Assembly: GCA_965220965.1 (NCBI GenBank)
Contig: OZ244852.1
Span: forward strand, 1,024,001-1,088,000
Source: Candidatus Marinacidobacterium sp.
Lineage (GTDB): Bacteria > Acidobacteriota > Vicinamibacteria > Marinacidobacterales > Marinacidobacteraceae
Reading direction: 5' to 3'
Length of the DNA stretch: 64,000 nt
The position numbers were made by a program, and so were the translations under genes. Positions 38,960 to 49,086 of the stretch are shown here, piece after piece; position 1 is the stretch's first letter, and each line of letters opens with the position of its first letter. The notes under the pieces were generated by a model that was given only the letters and a program-made list of their open reading frames with translations, was not told the origin of the DNA and searched no databases.

Positions 38960-39800
38960 AGCGCACCAGATGCCGCTCGAGAAGCGCCACGTATTCCATC
39001 GAGAACCCGTCCATCGAGTTCCCGATGCCGCGGATGCGGGCGAGGAAGGCGTTGTAGGCGATGACCGCGGGGATCGCGGCGCCGAGACCGGCGGCGGTCG
39101 CGATCAGCGCCTCCGAGACTCCGGGCGCGACCACGCTGATGTTGGCCGCCTGCGTCGCGGCGATGTCCCGGAAGGCGTTCATGATGCCCCAGACCGTGCC
39201 GAAGAGCCCGATGAACGGCGTCGCGCCACCGGTCGTCGCCAGGAACGTCATCCGCTGCTCCAGCCGCGCCATCTCGGTGGAGGAAGCCCGGAGCATGGCG
39301 CGGGCCACCGCCTCCAGATTCGACACCCGCAGGCGGGTCGCTTCCCCGTCGTCGCTGTGCGACTGGTAGATGACCTCGTCGTATCCGGCGCGGAAGACCC
39401 GCACGAGGGGGTTTTCGGGATTCCGGGCCGCGATCTTGCCGATGTCGGCGAGCCGCTCGGCCTTGCGGAAACCGCGCAGGAACTCCGCCGACTCCCGCTC
39501 CGCGCGTCCGAGGACCCGCATTTTGGACAGGATGATCGCCCACGACACGATGCTGAAGAACAGCAGCGTCGCCAGCACGACCCACGCGACCGGACCGGCG
39601 GCGATGATCAGCGCGACGAAGCCTTCGGCGAATATGCCGCCGCCGGTCTCGATCGCAACCGAGGTGACTTCCTCGGCCTGGGGCTGCTGTTGTCCGAGGG
39701 CCGGCGACGCGAAGAGACCGGCGCCCAGGACCCCGGGAACTGCGAGCCGGAGCGGAGCGGAGACCCGACAACGCGTCAGGGTGCGAAGGAGGTGCGCCAC
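38958..39800 (-). CDS. tolQ: TolQ/ExbB proton channel protein
   Basis: FSIVSWAII, FLATTGGATPFIGLFGTVWGIM, VAPGVSEALIATAAGL..AIPAVIAYN; start uncertain (GTG 39800 or 39839). Confidence 0.93.
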   Translation of the reverse strand: MAHLLRTLTRCRVSAPLRLAVPGVLGAGLFASPALGQQQPQAEEVTSVAIETGGGIFAEGFVALIIAAGPVAWVVLATLLFFSIVSWAIILSKMRVLGRAERESAEFLRGFRKAERLADIGKIAARNPENPLVRVFRAGYDEVIYQSHSDDGEATRLRVSNLEAVARAMLRASSTEMARLEQRMTFLATTGGATPFIGLFGTVWGIMNAFRDIAATQAANISVVAPGVSEALIATAAGLGAAIPAVIAYNAFLARIRGIGNSMDGFSMEYVALLERHLVR

Positions 39801-39857
39801 CTTACAAGAATGGTACCCGGCGCCCCTTCCGCGCGCCACCTCTGCGCGGTCGGACTG

Positions 39858-41369
39858 CTAGCCCCGGATCCAGTCGAAGCTGCGCTCCACCGCGCGCCGC
39901 CAGACGGCGAGGCTCTCCCGGCGATCGGCCGCCCCCATCGCCGGCTCGAAGCGGCGCTCCTCGGCGACCGCCTCGGCGAGCTCGGCCTCCGACTCCCAGA
40001 AGCCGACCGCCAGTCCGGCGGCGATGGCGGCGCCGAGCGCGGTCGTCTCGAGGCAGCGCGGACGAACGACCGGGACACTGAGGACGCCGGCCTGGAAGCC
40101 GAGCAGCAGATCGCTGACCGTCATGCCGCCATCGACCCGAAGTTCTGACACCGCCGCGCCGGCGTCCGCGCGCATCGCCTCGATGACCTCCAGAACCTGG
40201 AACGCGGTGGCCTCGATCGCCGCCCGCGCCAGGTGGCGCCGGTCCGAATGGCGCGTGAGGCCGCAGATCACCCCCCGGGCGTCGCTTCTCCACCAGGGGG
40301 CGAAGAGGCCCGAAAACGCCGGGACGATGACGACGCCGCCTGAATCCTCGACGTCGAGCGCCAGCGCCTCGACCTCCGCGGCCGAGTCCGCGAAGCCGAG
40401 CTGGTCCCGAAGCCACTGGATGAGCGATCCGGCGACCGCCACCGACCCCTCGAGCGCGTAGTCCACCCGCGCTCCGTCCGAAAACGCCACCGTCGTCAGC
40501 AGGCCGGCGTTCGACGCCACCGCCTCGGACCCGGTGTGCATGAGCACGAAAGCGCCGGTCCCGTAGGTGCACTTCGTCTCGCCCGGCTGACGCCGGAGCT
40601 GGCCGAGGAGCGCCGCCTGCTGGTCCCCGATGACGCCGGTGATCGGGACTTCGGCGCCGAAGGGGCCGTCGGCGGTGGTCCGGCCCCAGGCCTCCGGGTG
40701 GGAGGAGGGGGCGGGCTCGGGCAGCATGCGCCGGGGGACCCGCAGGGCCTCGAGCAGCTCGTCGCTCCAGGCGAGCGCGCGGAGGTCGAACATCTGCGTC
40801 CGGCAGGCGTTCGTGTGGTCGGTGCGGTGGACCGCCCCGCCGGTCAGACGCCAGACGAGCCAGCTCTCGACCGTTCCGAACACCGCGCGCCCGGCGCGCG
40901 CCCGGTCCAGGAGGCCGTCCTGGTTCTCGAGGAGCCAGCGGAGCTTGGGGCCGGAGAAGTAGGTGGCGGCGGGAAGTCCGGTTCGCTCCCGGAGCGCCGC
41001 CGCCCCGACATCCCGCTCCAGTTCGGCGGCGAGTCCGGCGGTCCGCGTGTCCTGCCAGACGATCGCCGGCGCGAGCGGCTCGCCGGTCTTCGGGTCCCAG
41101 ACCACCGTGGTCTCCCGCTGGTTCGTGATCCCCACCGCCTCGACCGTGTCTCCGGACACTCCGGCGCTTTGAAGCGCCCCCCCGATGACCTCGAAGACGC
41201 GGTCGCTGATCTCGACGGGATCGTGCTCCACCCAGCCTGGACGCGGAGTGATCTGGCGGTGTTCGCGCTGCGCCGCGCCCCGGACGACGCCCGCGCGGTC
41301 GAAGAGAAGGACCCGACTGCTGGTGGTCCCCTGATCGATCGAGGCGATGAGCCGCTCGCCGCCGCTCAT
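39858..41369 (-). CDS. glpK: Glycerol kinase
   Basis: IDQGTTSSR, GITNQRET, WQDTRT, YFSGPK, GDQQAAL, KCTYGTG, PAFSGLFAPWW, RVDGG, ETTALGAA. Confidence 0.96.
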   Translation of the reverse strand: MSGGERLIASIDQGTTSSRVLLFDRAGVVRGAAQREHRQITPRPGWVEHDPVEISDRVFEVIGGALQSAGVSGDTVEAVGITNQRETTVVWDPKTGEPLAPAIVWQDTRTAGLAAELERDVGAAALRERTGLPAATYFSGPKLRWLLENQDGLLDRARAGRAVFGTVESWLVWRLTGGAVHRTDHTNACRTQMFDLRALAWSDELLEALRVPRRMLPEPAPSSHPEAWGRTTADGPFGAEVPITGVIGDQQAALLGQLRRQPGETKCTYGTGAFVLMHTGSEAVASNAGLLTTVAFSDGARVDYALEGSVAVAGSLIQWLRDQLGFADSAAEVEALALDVEDSGGVVIVPAFSGLFAPWWRSDARGVICGLTRHSDRRHLARAAIEATAFQVLEVIEAMRADAGAAVSELRVDGGMTVSDLLLGFQAGVLSVPVVRPRCLETTALGAAIAAGLAVGFWESEAELAEAVAEERRFEPAMGAADRRESLAVWRRAVERSFDWIRG

Positions 41370-43015
41370 TCTCCGGCCGCCGCGGCTCGTTCCTCGGTGA
41401 GCCGGAGCGCCTTTCCCGGTCGGGCGCCGGTCACCTCGCCGTCCCGCAGCACGAACTCCCCGGAGACCAGCACGTGATGCATCCCGGCGGCGTAGTGGTG
41501 GGGGTCCCCGAACGCCGCGAGCTCCTCGACCTCATCCGGATCGAACACCGCGATGTCCGCGACCCATCCGGCCTCGAGCCGTCCGCGGTCGGCAAGCCCG
41601 ATGCGCGCCGCCGGGAACGCGCTCATCTTCCGCACCGCCTCGCCGAGCGAAAACAGCCCCGCCTCCCGGACGTAGAGGCTCAGCACCCTGGCGAAGGTCC
41701 CGTAGTTCCGCGGATGCGGGACGCCCTCGCCCGGCGCCACGACGCCGCCATCGGAGGCGATCATGGTCCGCGGGTGGACCATGATCCGCCGCACGTCCTC
41801 TTCGTGCATGGCGTGGAAGACGCCGCCAAATCCACCCTTTGCCTGGATCTCGAGCGCCAGTTCGGCGCCGTTTTCGAGGTTGGATTCGAGACCCCGCTCC
41901 CGCAGGAGGTCGCCGAGGCTCTTGCCCTCGAGCGACCGGTCCCAGGAAGCGCTCGCGATAACGACGTTATCCGGACTGCCGCCGCCCCGGTCGTCGCGCA
42001 GGTTGACCTCGATGGCTTCCCGGATCCGCGCGCGTTCGGCGGGATCGGCCATCCGCTCCGCGAGAGCCTCGGCGCCCCCCTCGAGGCTCCAGGCCGGAAA
42101 CAGGATCGTGAGGCTGGTGGAGGAAGCGGTGTAGGGGTACTGATCGATCGTGACGTCCACGCCGCGCCCGACCGCCTCGTCCACCAGCCGCAGCGACTCG
42201 ACGCTCTGGCCCCACATGGGCGCCCCCACGACCTTGTGGTGAGTGAGCTGGGTCGGCAGTCCGCCCTCCTCGCCGATCCGGATCGTCTCGCGCACCGCGT
42301 CCATGAGTTCGAGCCCCTCCTCCCGCATGTGGCTGACGTGGAATCCGCCGTAGGGGGCGGCGACTTTCGCCAGTTCGATGACCTCCTCGGTCTCGGCGAA
42401 CGCCCCCGGCACGTACTTGAGCCCGGTGGAGAGGCCGAAGGCGCCCTCGCGCATCGCCTGGTCCACCAGCTCCCGCATCCGGTCCAGCTCTTCCGCCGTG
42501 GGGGCGCGGTCTTCCAGCCCGAGGACCTCGCGCCGCACCGTTCCGTGACCGACGGTGAGCCCCATGTTGATGGCCGATCCCTCCGCTTCGAACTCGTCGA
42601 GCCATTCCCCGATGGGTAGGGGCGAGCCGCCGTCCGGCCCGCCGAGAGCCGTGGTGACGCCCTGATGGAGGTAGTTCTCCGCGAGCGGGTGGCGCCCGAT
42701 CCCCCGGACGGCGTGGCTGTGGACATCCACGAACCCCGGCGCGACCACCAGCCCGGAGATATCGATCCGCGTCTCGGCCCGCGCGCCCCCGAGATCTCCG
42801 ATGGCGGCGATCCGGTCGCCCCGGATCCCCACGTCGGCGGCGCGCGCCTCGCCGCCGCTCCCGTCATGAACCTCCCCTCCAGCGAGCACGATGTCGTAGG
42901 ACGCCGCGCATCCGGCGAGGAGGATCGCGGCGAGCGCCGCGGCGGCGGCCCGCAATGTGCTGCTCTCGCCTGGCGCGCTATCGGAAATCTGCTGCATCTC
43001 GGTGGCCTCGTTCAC
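41366..43015 (-). CDS. N-acyl-D-amino-acid deacylase family amidohydrolase (probable lipoprotein)
   Basis: APGFVDVHSH, GAFGLSTGL.Y.PG, SHMR, DQYPYTASST, ASDG, HPRNYGTF; LLAGC lipobox. Confidence 0.9.
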   Translation of the reverse strand: MNEATEMQQISDSAPGESSTLRAAAAALAAILLAGCAASYDIVLAGGEVHDGSGGEARAADVGIRGDRIAAIGDLGGARAETRIDISGLVVAPGFVDVHSHAVRGIGRHPLAENYLHQGVTTALGGPDGGSPLPIGEWLDEFEAEGSAINMGLTVGHGTVRREVLGLEDRAPTAEELDRMRELVDQAMREGAFGLSTGLKYVPGAFAETEEVIELAKVAAPYGGFHVSHMREEGLELMDAVRETIRIGEEGGLPTQLTHHKVVGAPMWGQSVESLRLVDEAVGRGVDVTIDQYPYTASSTSLTILFPAWSLEGGAEALAERMADPAERARIREAIEVNLRDDRGGGSPDNVVIASASWDRSLEGKSLGDLLRERGLESNLENGAELALEIQAKGGFGGVFHAMHEEDVRRIMVHPRTMIASDGGVVAPGEGVPHPRNYGTFARVLSLYVREAGLFSLGEAVRKMSAFPAARIGLADRGRLEAGWVADIAVFDPDEVEELAAFGDPHHYAAGMHHVLVSGEFVLRDGEVTGARPGKALRLTEERAAAAGE

Positions 43016-43189
43016 GGTTCTCCCGCCGGTATCCCACCCGCGGAGCGGGTCCCCGGACCGGCGGATCAGTCTCGATGGGTGTTTTCGAGGATACCGGAGG
43101 GTTCTTCTTCCGGGGCTCCGGCCCGCTCCGGTACCCTCCCCTCCACGCGCCGGTGGCGGCCGCGAATCTCAACAGTCGGGAGTCTCTTC

Positions 43190-44569
43190 ATGCGCTCATT
43201 CTTCGGATCCCTGACCGCGCTGGCTTTGCTGGCGACCCTGCTTCCCCCGGTCGAAGCGGCGGCGCAGGAGAACCCGACGGTGCTCCCGCTGCGGGAGCGC
43301 GCCGCGCTGGTCGACCGCTGGCTCGAAGTCCGCTTCGAGACGGTCCTGCCCGAGATCATGCGCCGCGAGGGGGTGGACCTCTGGATCGTCTCGGCCCGCG
43401 AGTACAACGAGGATCCGGTCATCCGGACGATGCTCCCCTACACCTGGCTGGCCGCCCGCCGGCGCACGGTGCTGCTGTTCCACGATCGCGGCGAGCCGCA
43501 CGGCGTGGAGCGGCTGGCGGTGGCGCGGTATGACATCGGCGGGATCCCGGGCGCCTGGGACCCCGAGACCGAGCCCGATCAGTGGGCGCGGGTCGCCGAG
43601 CTGGTCCGCGAACGGGATCCGCAGGTCATCGGCCTGAACCGGTCCCGCGACTTCGGTCTGGCCGACGGCCTCACCGCGACCGAGTACGAGGCGCTCCGGG
43701 AGGCCCTGGGGCCCGACCTCTCATCGCGGCTGCTCGACGCCGAGCGGCTCGCGATCGCCTGGCTCGAGACCCGCACCCCGGAGGAAATGGCCGCCTACCC
43801 GACCGTGGTGCGCCTCGCGCGCTCCATCATGATGGAGGGGCTCTCGGAGAAGGCGATCCAGCCGGGGATGACGACCACCGAGGATCTCTCCTGGTGGCTC
43901 CGCGAGCGCATCCGGGAGCTCAAGCTCCAGACCTGGTTCCAGCCCGGGGTCTCGCTCCAGCGGCCCGAAGGCGAGATGTTCGGCGGCAACGAGGGGGGGC
44001 AGGGGGACTTCTCCTCCCGACCACCGCCGGACACGATCCTGCCGGGAGACCTTCTCCACCTGGACTTCGGCATCACCTACCTCCGGCTCAACACCGACAC
44101 CCAGATGCAGGCCTACGTGCTCCGGCCGGGCGAGACCGACGCCCCGCCCGGGCTGCGGGAGGCCTTCTCCACCGGCAACCGTCTCCAGGACATCCTGACC
44201 GACGAGTTCGTCGCCGGCCGCACCGGCAACGAGATCCTCGCCGCGGCGCTGACGCAGGCCGACCGCGAGGGGATCACCGCCTCCATCTACACCCATCCGA
44301 TCGGATTTCACGGTCACGCCGCCGGCCCCACGATCGGTCTCTGGGACCGCCAGGAGGGCGTGCCGGGGAAGGGCGACTACCCCCTGTTTCCGATGACCGC
44401 CCACTCGATCGAGCTGAACGCGCGCGTCCCGGTTCCCGAATGGGGCGGGCAGGACGTCCGGATCGCGCTCGAGGAGGACGCCATCTTCGACGGGGAGACC
44501 ACGACCTACATCGACCCGCGAGCCGAGCGCCTGCTGCTGATTCCCCGCCAGACCCGGACCCACCGGTAG
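43190..44569 (+). CDS. M24 family metallopeptidase (Xaa-Pro aminopeptidase-like), secreted
   Basis: Signal peptide; REYNEDPV, HLDFG, TDTQ, THPIGFHGHAAG, SIE, LEED metal-ligand motifs. Confidence 0.88.
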   Translation: MRSFFGSLTALALLATLLPPVEAAAQENPTVLPLRERAALVDRWLEVRFETVLPEIMRREGVDLWIVSAREYNEDPVIRTMLPYTWLAARRRTVLLFHDRGEPHGVERLAVARYDIGGIPGAWDPETEPDQWARVAELVRERDPQVIGLNRSRDFGLADGLTATEYEALREALGPDLSSRLLDAERLAIAWLETRTPEEMAAYPTVVRLARSIMMEGLSEKAIQPGMTTTEDLSWWLRERIRELKLQTWFQPGVSLQRPEGEMFGGNEGGQGDFSSRPPPDTILPGDLLHLDFGITYLRLNTDTQMQAYVLRPGETDAPPGLREAFSTGNRLQDILTDEFVAGRTGNEILAAALTQADREGITASIYTHPIGFHGHAAGPTIGLWDRQEGVPGKGDYPLFPMTAHSIELNARVPVPEWGGQDVRIALEEDAIFDGETTTYIDPRAERLLLIPRQTRTHR

Positions 44570-44603
44570 CCGGGACCGCGCGCTGCGCGGGGGGGCCGCC
44601 GGG

Positions 44604-45743
44604 CTAGGAACGGCCGGAGAGCACCCGGGTGTCGGCCACCGGCCAGTGGATGCGGACCCGGTCGCCCTCGCGGGCCAGGCTCCCGAACAGCGAGTTCCCG
44701 CGCGCCACGAGCTGGTGGCCGCCCTCGATCTCCAGCTCCATTTCCAGCCGGTCGCCGAGGAACGAGATCCGCCGGACCGCCGCGTCGGCGACGTTGAACC
44801 CCGGCGCCGCCGGGGGATGCCCGACCTGAACCACCTCGGGCCGGATCCCGAGCATGACTCTCCGGTCACCCCTCCGGTCGCGTTCGAGGCTGTCCCGGGC
44901 CGCCTCGACTCCCGGTCCCGACCGGACCCGGAACCGCCCCGCTTCGCCGGCGGCCTCCGCCGGGAGCAGGTTCATCTTGCCGACGAAGGCCGCCACGAAC
45001 GCATTCGCCGGGCGGGTGTGCAGGTCGAGCGGGGAGGCGAACTGCTGGACCCGGCCCTGATGGACCACCGCAACCCGGTCGGCCACGCTCAGCGCCTCCT
45101 CCTGGTCATGGGTGACCCAGAGCGTCGTCGCCAGGAACTCCCGCTGGAGCCGCCGCAGCAGGACCCGCAGCTCACGGCGCAGCGCGGCGTCCAGGCTCGA
45201 AAGCGGCTCATCGAGGAGCAGGACCTCGGGCCGGATGGCGAGCGCCCGGGCCACCGCCACGCGCTGCGCCTCGCCACCCGAAATCCGCCTCGGCAGCCGT
45301 TCGGCGAGGTCGCCGAGGCCCACCCGGTCCAGCATCTCGTTGGCGATTTCCGTGGCCCGCTTGCGGCTCTCCCCCCGGCGCTCGGGGCCGAAGGCGACGT
45401 TCCGCCGCAGGTTCAGGTGGGGGAAGAGGGCGTAGCTCTGAAAGACCATCCCGACGTGCCGCTTCTCGGGCGGGATCCCCTCCATCGGCTCCCCGCGGAT
45501 CCAGACCTCGCCGGAGTCCGGCTCGAGGTGGCCGGCGATGCACCGCAGGATCGTCGTCTTTCCGGCGCCGCTCGAACCGAGGAGCGCCACCAGCTCCCCC
45601 GGCTCGATGGCCAGCGTGACATCCACGACCGGTTCGGCGTCGCCGAACCGTTTCCGCAACGCATCCAGACCCAGTCCCGCCCGGCGGAAGTCCACCGGGC
45701 TCTTCTCCGGACCCTTCTGACGCCGCTCCAGCCAGGCGCTCAC
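44604..45743 (-). CDS. ABC transporter ATP-binding protein (PotA/FbpC-like, TOBE domain)
   Basis: GSSGAGKTT, VFQSYALFPHL, ISGGEAQR, LLLDEPLS, VTHDQEEA; GTGA overlap with upstream gene. Confidence 0.92.
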   Translation of the reverse strand: MSAWLERRQKGPEKSPVDFRRAGLGLDALRKRFGDAEPVVDVTLAIEPGELVALLGSSGAGKTTILRCIAGHLEPDSGEVWIRGEPMEGIPPEKRHVGMVFQSYALFPHLNLRRNVAFGPERRGESRKRATEIANEMLDRVGLGDLAERLPRRISGGEAQRVAVARALAIRPEVLLLDEPLSSLDAALRRELRVLLRRLQREFLATTLWVTHDQEEALSVADRVAVVHQGRVQQFASPLDLHTRPANAFVAAFVGKMNLLPAEAAGEAGRFRVRSGPGVEAARDSLERDRRGDRRVMLGIRPEVVQVGHPPAAPGFNVADAAVRRISFLGDRLEMELEIEGGHQLVARGNSLFGSLAREGDRVRIHWPVADTRVLSGRS

Positions 45744-47242
45744 CCCGTGGAGTCTCCGTCGAACAGCCGCCCGGCGGCGCCGTCCTCCGGAATACGCCAC
45801 GGCTCCCGAAGCGCGCTCCCGCGAGCGAACTCCCCGAATCGCTCCCGGAGCGCCCCCGGCGGAGGCGGGGCCCAGGGCGTGTCGGATTCGGCTTCCGCCT
45901 CCGCCCCGCGCTGGGTGCGGACCCGGACGCGCGCTTTCCGGACCCGCGTCCCCGGCGGATCATCCGGACGCCCGAACTCATGCGAGCGAAGCTCGATCCT
46001 TCGCGCCAGCGCCGCGGTGTCCGGCGCGAGTTCTCCGGCGTAGTCGACGGCGCCGAACGCCTCCCCCCGGAACCGGGCTTCGAGGAAGAGCGCCGCCGCC
46101 GTGGGGATGTGCATCTGTCGCGCGATCGGGCGCGCCGGGGGGTGAGCCCAGGAGGAGACCACCGTCGAGAACGGGTAACTGAGGATCTCGAGGTCGGTCA
46201 CCTCGGCGGGATCGAACCGCGGCATGGTCTCGAGCGCCGCGAGCGCCGGCTGCACCGCGCGGGAGCCGGGGTACTTCTTGAAGCCCACCCGCAGGACCGC
46301 CCCGCTGGCGGCCGCGTCCGGGAACCCGCGCGCCGGAGTGGTCCCCGCAGCCGGTTCGTCGCCGGCGCCGGAGGACGAGGCTTCGAGCGCCGCCTCGAGG
46401 CCCAGCGCCTGCCCCCAGGCGCCGTAGGCGAACTTCACCGGAGCGCCATCGGCGAACGCCCGGTAGGGGTGCATCGGGGTCCGGGCGTCGGCCAGACGGA
46501 GCGCCCGCTCGGTTCTCCCCGGGTCGTGGCCGAGAAGCCGGCTCACCACCGCGGCGGCGGCGATCGAGGCCAGCGCGCCCGGAGAGTGGACGCCGGTCCG
46601 CTCCATCGCGCCTCCGATGAGATCCCGGTGCCAGGCGCCGATGCCGCAACCGATCGCGATCGCGTCGAGGAGTTCCCCCAGGCTCCGTCCGAAAGCCTCG
46701 GCGGCCCCGACCGCGGCGGAGACGCACTCGGGGCCCACATGGAGCTCGAGCGGGTCGCCGCAGAAGCGGTTCCAGAACACCGCGCGAACCAGGTCGGTGC
46801 GGCGCCGCCCTCCGACCGGACGCCAGAGGCAGGCGTGCGGCGTCGGGGCCGCCTCGCCGTTCGGCGGACCCAGAATGGCATCACCCATCGCCGGGGTCAG
46901 GAAACCCGGAACCGGCGGCGCCGCGCCCACGGCCAGGCAGTCCGTCAGGAGATCGAGCGCGGCGCCCCGGGCCTCTTCCGAAGTCACTGCGGAAGCGATC
47001 CAGGCCGCGGCGTCTTTCAGGTCCTGCGGATGGATCCGGTCGACGAGGCGCAGATCCCGCCGGATCTCCGGCCCCGGGTGCGGCGGCGCCCCGGGACGCG
47101 GGTCGAAGGAGGGAGGCTCGATACCAGCGGCCAGCCAGGCCTGAAGCCAGGGGGCGCTCCCTTCGGGGACGGGGAGGTCCGGACTCAGACACGCGGCCAG
47201 TGAACGCGCCGGATCGGCGATATTGGGGTCGTTTGCGCTCAT
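45740..47242 (-). CDS. Divergent MmgE/PrpD family protein
   Basis: LLTDCLAV, LHVGPECVSAA, ELLDAIAIG, GVHSPG.LASIAAAA, VK, FKKYPGSR; ATGA overlap with the solute-binding protein stop. Confidence 0.72.
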   Translation of the reverse strand: MSANDPNIADPARSLAACLSPDLPVPEGSAPWLQAWLAAGIEPPSFDPRPGAPPHPGPEIRRDLRLVDRIHPQDLKDAAAWIASAVTSEEARGAALDLLTDCLAVGAAPPVPGFLTPAMGDAILGPPNGEAAPTPHACLWRPVGGRRRTDLVRAVFWNRFCGDPLELHVGPECVSAAVGAAEAFGRSLGELLDAIAIGCGIGAWHRDLIGGAMERTGVHSPGALASIAAAAVVSRLLGHDPGRTERALRLADARTPMHPYRAFADGAPVKFAYGAWGQALGLEAALEASSSGAGDEPAAGTTPARGFPDAAASGAVLRVGFKKYPGSRAVQPALAALETMPRFDPAEVTDLEILSYPFSTVVSSWAHPPARPIARQMHIPTAAALFLEARFRGEAFGAVDYAGELAPDTAALARRIELRSHEFGRPDDPPGTRVRKARVRVRTQRGAEAEAESDTPWAPPPPGALRERFGEFARGSALREPWRIPEDGAAGRLFDGDSTG

Positions 47243-48234
47243 TCGGGGAGGATCTGTTGACGGAAACGCTGTGCCCAGGCGGCGCGCAGCTCTCCGAGCC
47301 TCGCCATGTCGAAGCGCAGAACGCCTGCGAGTGACGGCAGGGAGTCGGGAACGTCGGCGTCCAGCCGGGACGGAATCAGAAGGAGTTCGCGCGCGGCGGT
47401 GGACTGCGCGTCGTACGAGAACATGTGGGCGGCGAAGGCCCGCGCCAGCGCCTGGTTCCGGGCGCCGGCGACCACCTGAACGCCCTGCGGAAGCGCGATC
47501 GCGCCTTCGGCCGGCGCCACCCAGCCGACGGGAGCTCCTCCCGCCGCGAGCTGGCGCGCCTGCGCCGGGAGGCCGAGCGTCACCCACGCCTCGCCCTGGG
47601 CCACGAGCTGGTTGTTGGCCGGACCGCTCGTCCCGAAGACCGCGACCTGCTCGCGGAGCCGGCGCAGCCGGTCGAAGCCGGCGTCGGCGTCGGTCTCGCT
47701 TCCGGTTTCGGCCTGGGCGAGCGCGGCCACCGTGAGGCCGCCGAGCGTGCTGCCGAAGCCGAAGAGCGCGAGCCCGCCGCGGAACCGCGGCTCCTCGAGC
47801 GCCGCCCACGAAGCCGGGGGAACGGCGAGAGCCTCGGTGTTGTAGAGGAACCCCACCGGCGAAGCGAAGGTGGCGGGCAGCGCGCCGTCATGGATCCATG
47901 CGCCGGGGTCCATCAGATCGAGGTCCGGGAGGCCGGCGGTCGCCGGATCCTCGAGCAGTCCCTCCTCGGCCAGGATCGCGGCCTCCCCCGCGTCGATCCA
48001 CAGGGCGTCGAGCGAGGGATTCCCGGCCTCGACCCGGACGCGCGCCGCCTGGTCCGAGGAGCGGAGCCCCACCGCCACGATGCGGGAGGAAGTGGCGGCC
48101 TCGAAGGCGGGAGCGAAGTGGGTTTCCAGGTCGGCGATGCGGCCGGGGGGAACCGCGACGACGAGGTCGGTGGCTTCCGGACCGCAGGCGCCGAGCAGGA
48201 CCGCCAGCGCGGCTGGAAGCAGACGGGAGATCAT
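47239..48234 (-). CDS. ABC transporter solute-binding lipoprotein (PotD/AfuA-like)
   Basis: LLGAC lipobox, FEAAT, GFLYNT, PPASWAAL, QGEAW, APAEGA; within ABC operon. Confidence 0.88.
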   Translation of the reverse strand: MISRLLPAALAVLLGACGPEATDLVVAVPPGRIADLETHFAPAFEAATSSRIVAVGLRSSDQAARVRVEAGNPSLDALWIDAGEAAILAEEGLLEDPATAGLPDLDLMDPGAWIHDGALPATFASPVGFLYNTEALAVPPASWAALEEPRFRGGLALFGFGSTLGGLTVAALAQAETGSETDADAGFDRLRRLREQVAVFGTSGPANNQLVAQGEAWVTLGLPAQARQLAAGGAPVGWVAPAEGAIALPQGVQVVAGARNQALARAFAAHMFSYDAQSTAARELLLIPSRLDADVPDSLPSLAGVLRFDMARLGELRAAWAQRFRQQILPE

Positions 48235-48246
48235 GAGGAGGCTCGT

Positions 48247-49086
48247 TCAGGCGGGGCCGCGCGCCCGGGGCGCGCCGCTGTTGCGGGAGAGTCGCTCGGC
48301 GCAGACGGCGGCCACTCCGGTGATCGCGATCGCGACCGTGCTGATGGCGGCCACCGTCGGGTCCTGGTAGCGGTCCACCGCCTCGAAGATCGCGACCGGC
48401 AGCGTCACCGTGCGTCCCGAAGCGAGGAGCAGCGACAGCGCGAAGTTGCCGAAGGAGATCACGAAGGCGGACACCGCGCCCGCGACGATACCCGGGCGGG
48501 CCCCCGGCAGCGTCACCAGGAAGAGCGTGGCGAGCGGACCAGCCCCCAGGCTCCGCGCCTGTTCCTCGAGAAGCGGGTCCGTCGACTCGAGCGAAGCGAC
48601 CACGCTGCGGGTGACCCACGGGACGGTGATCAGCAGGTGGGCGACCGCCAGCGGGGCGAGCGTTCCGGCGAGCTGCGCTCCCGAAGTGCGGGCGAGCAGC
48701 GACACGCTGGTCAGGAGCCCGACGCCCAGAACGAGCCCGGGCAGGGCCAGCGGAGACAGGAGCAGCGAAAGCAGGAACTCCCGGCCCCGCAGCGATCCGC
48801 GCGCGATCCCGAGCGCCGCCGGCGCGCCGATCAGCACGGCCGCCGCGCTGGACAGCGCCGCCAGCATCAGGCTCGTTCCGAGTCCCGAGAGCAGCCTCGG
48901 CTGGTCGAGGAGCCCGGCGTACCAGCGGAGACTGAGCCCGGAAGGCGGCGCCTGAACATGGGCGGTCGGGCTGAAGGAATGGAGAACGACCGCAACCGGC
49001 GCCAGCAGCAGCACCGCGAACGAGAGGCCCGCCCCCGACAGGAACGCGGCCCTCGCCAGCCGGGAGCCCGCGGCGCGCGTCGCCAT
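48247..49086 (-). CDS. ABC transporter permease (PotC-like)
   Basis: SLRWY, SPLALPGLVLG, LEEQARSLGAGP, FVISF, TLPV; TAATG overlap with upstream permease. Confidence 0.9.
   Translation of the reverse strand: MATRAAGSRLARAAFLSGAGLSFAVLLLAPVAVVLHSFSPTAHVQAPPSGLSLRWYAGLLDQPRLLSGLGTSLMLAALSSAAAVLIGAPAALGIARGSLRGREFLLSLLLSPLALPGLVLGVGLLTSVSLLARTSGAQLAGTLAPLAVAHLLITVPWVTRSVVASLESTDPLLEEQARSLGAGPLATLFLVTLPGARPGIVAGAVSAFVISFGNFALSLLLASGRTVTLPVAIFEAVDRYQDPTVAAISTVAIAITGVAAVCAERLSRNSGAPRARGPA

Noticed and set aside
38856-40148. ORFs starting with NI.DIPRSRALSAGRLTALGAARDFI (also 56877-57320, 57215-57937, 38365-38961)
   Set aside because: The shared peptide is just translation of the non-coding repeat; not treated as a protein family
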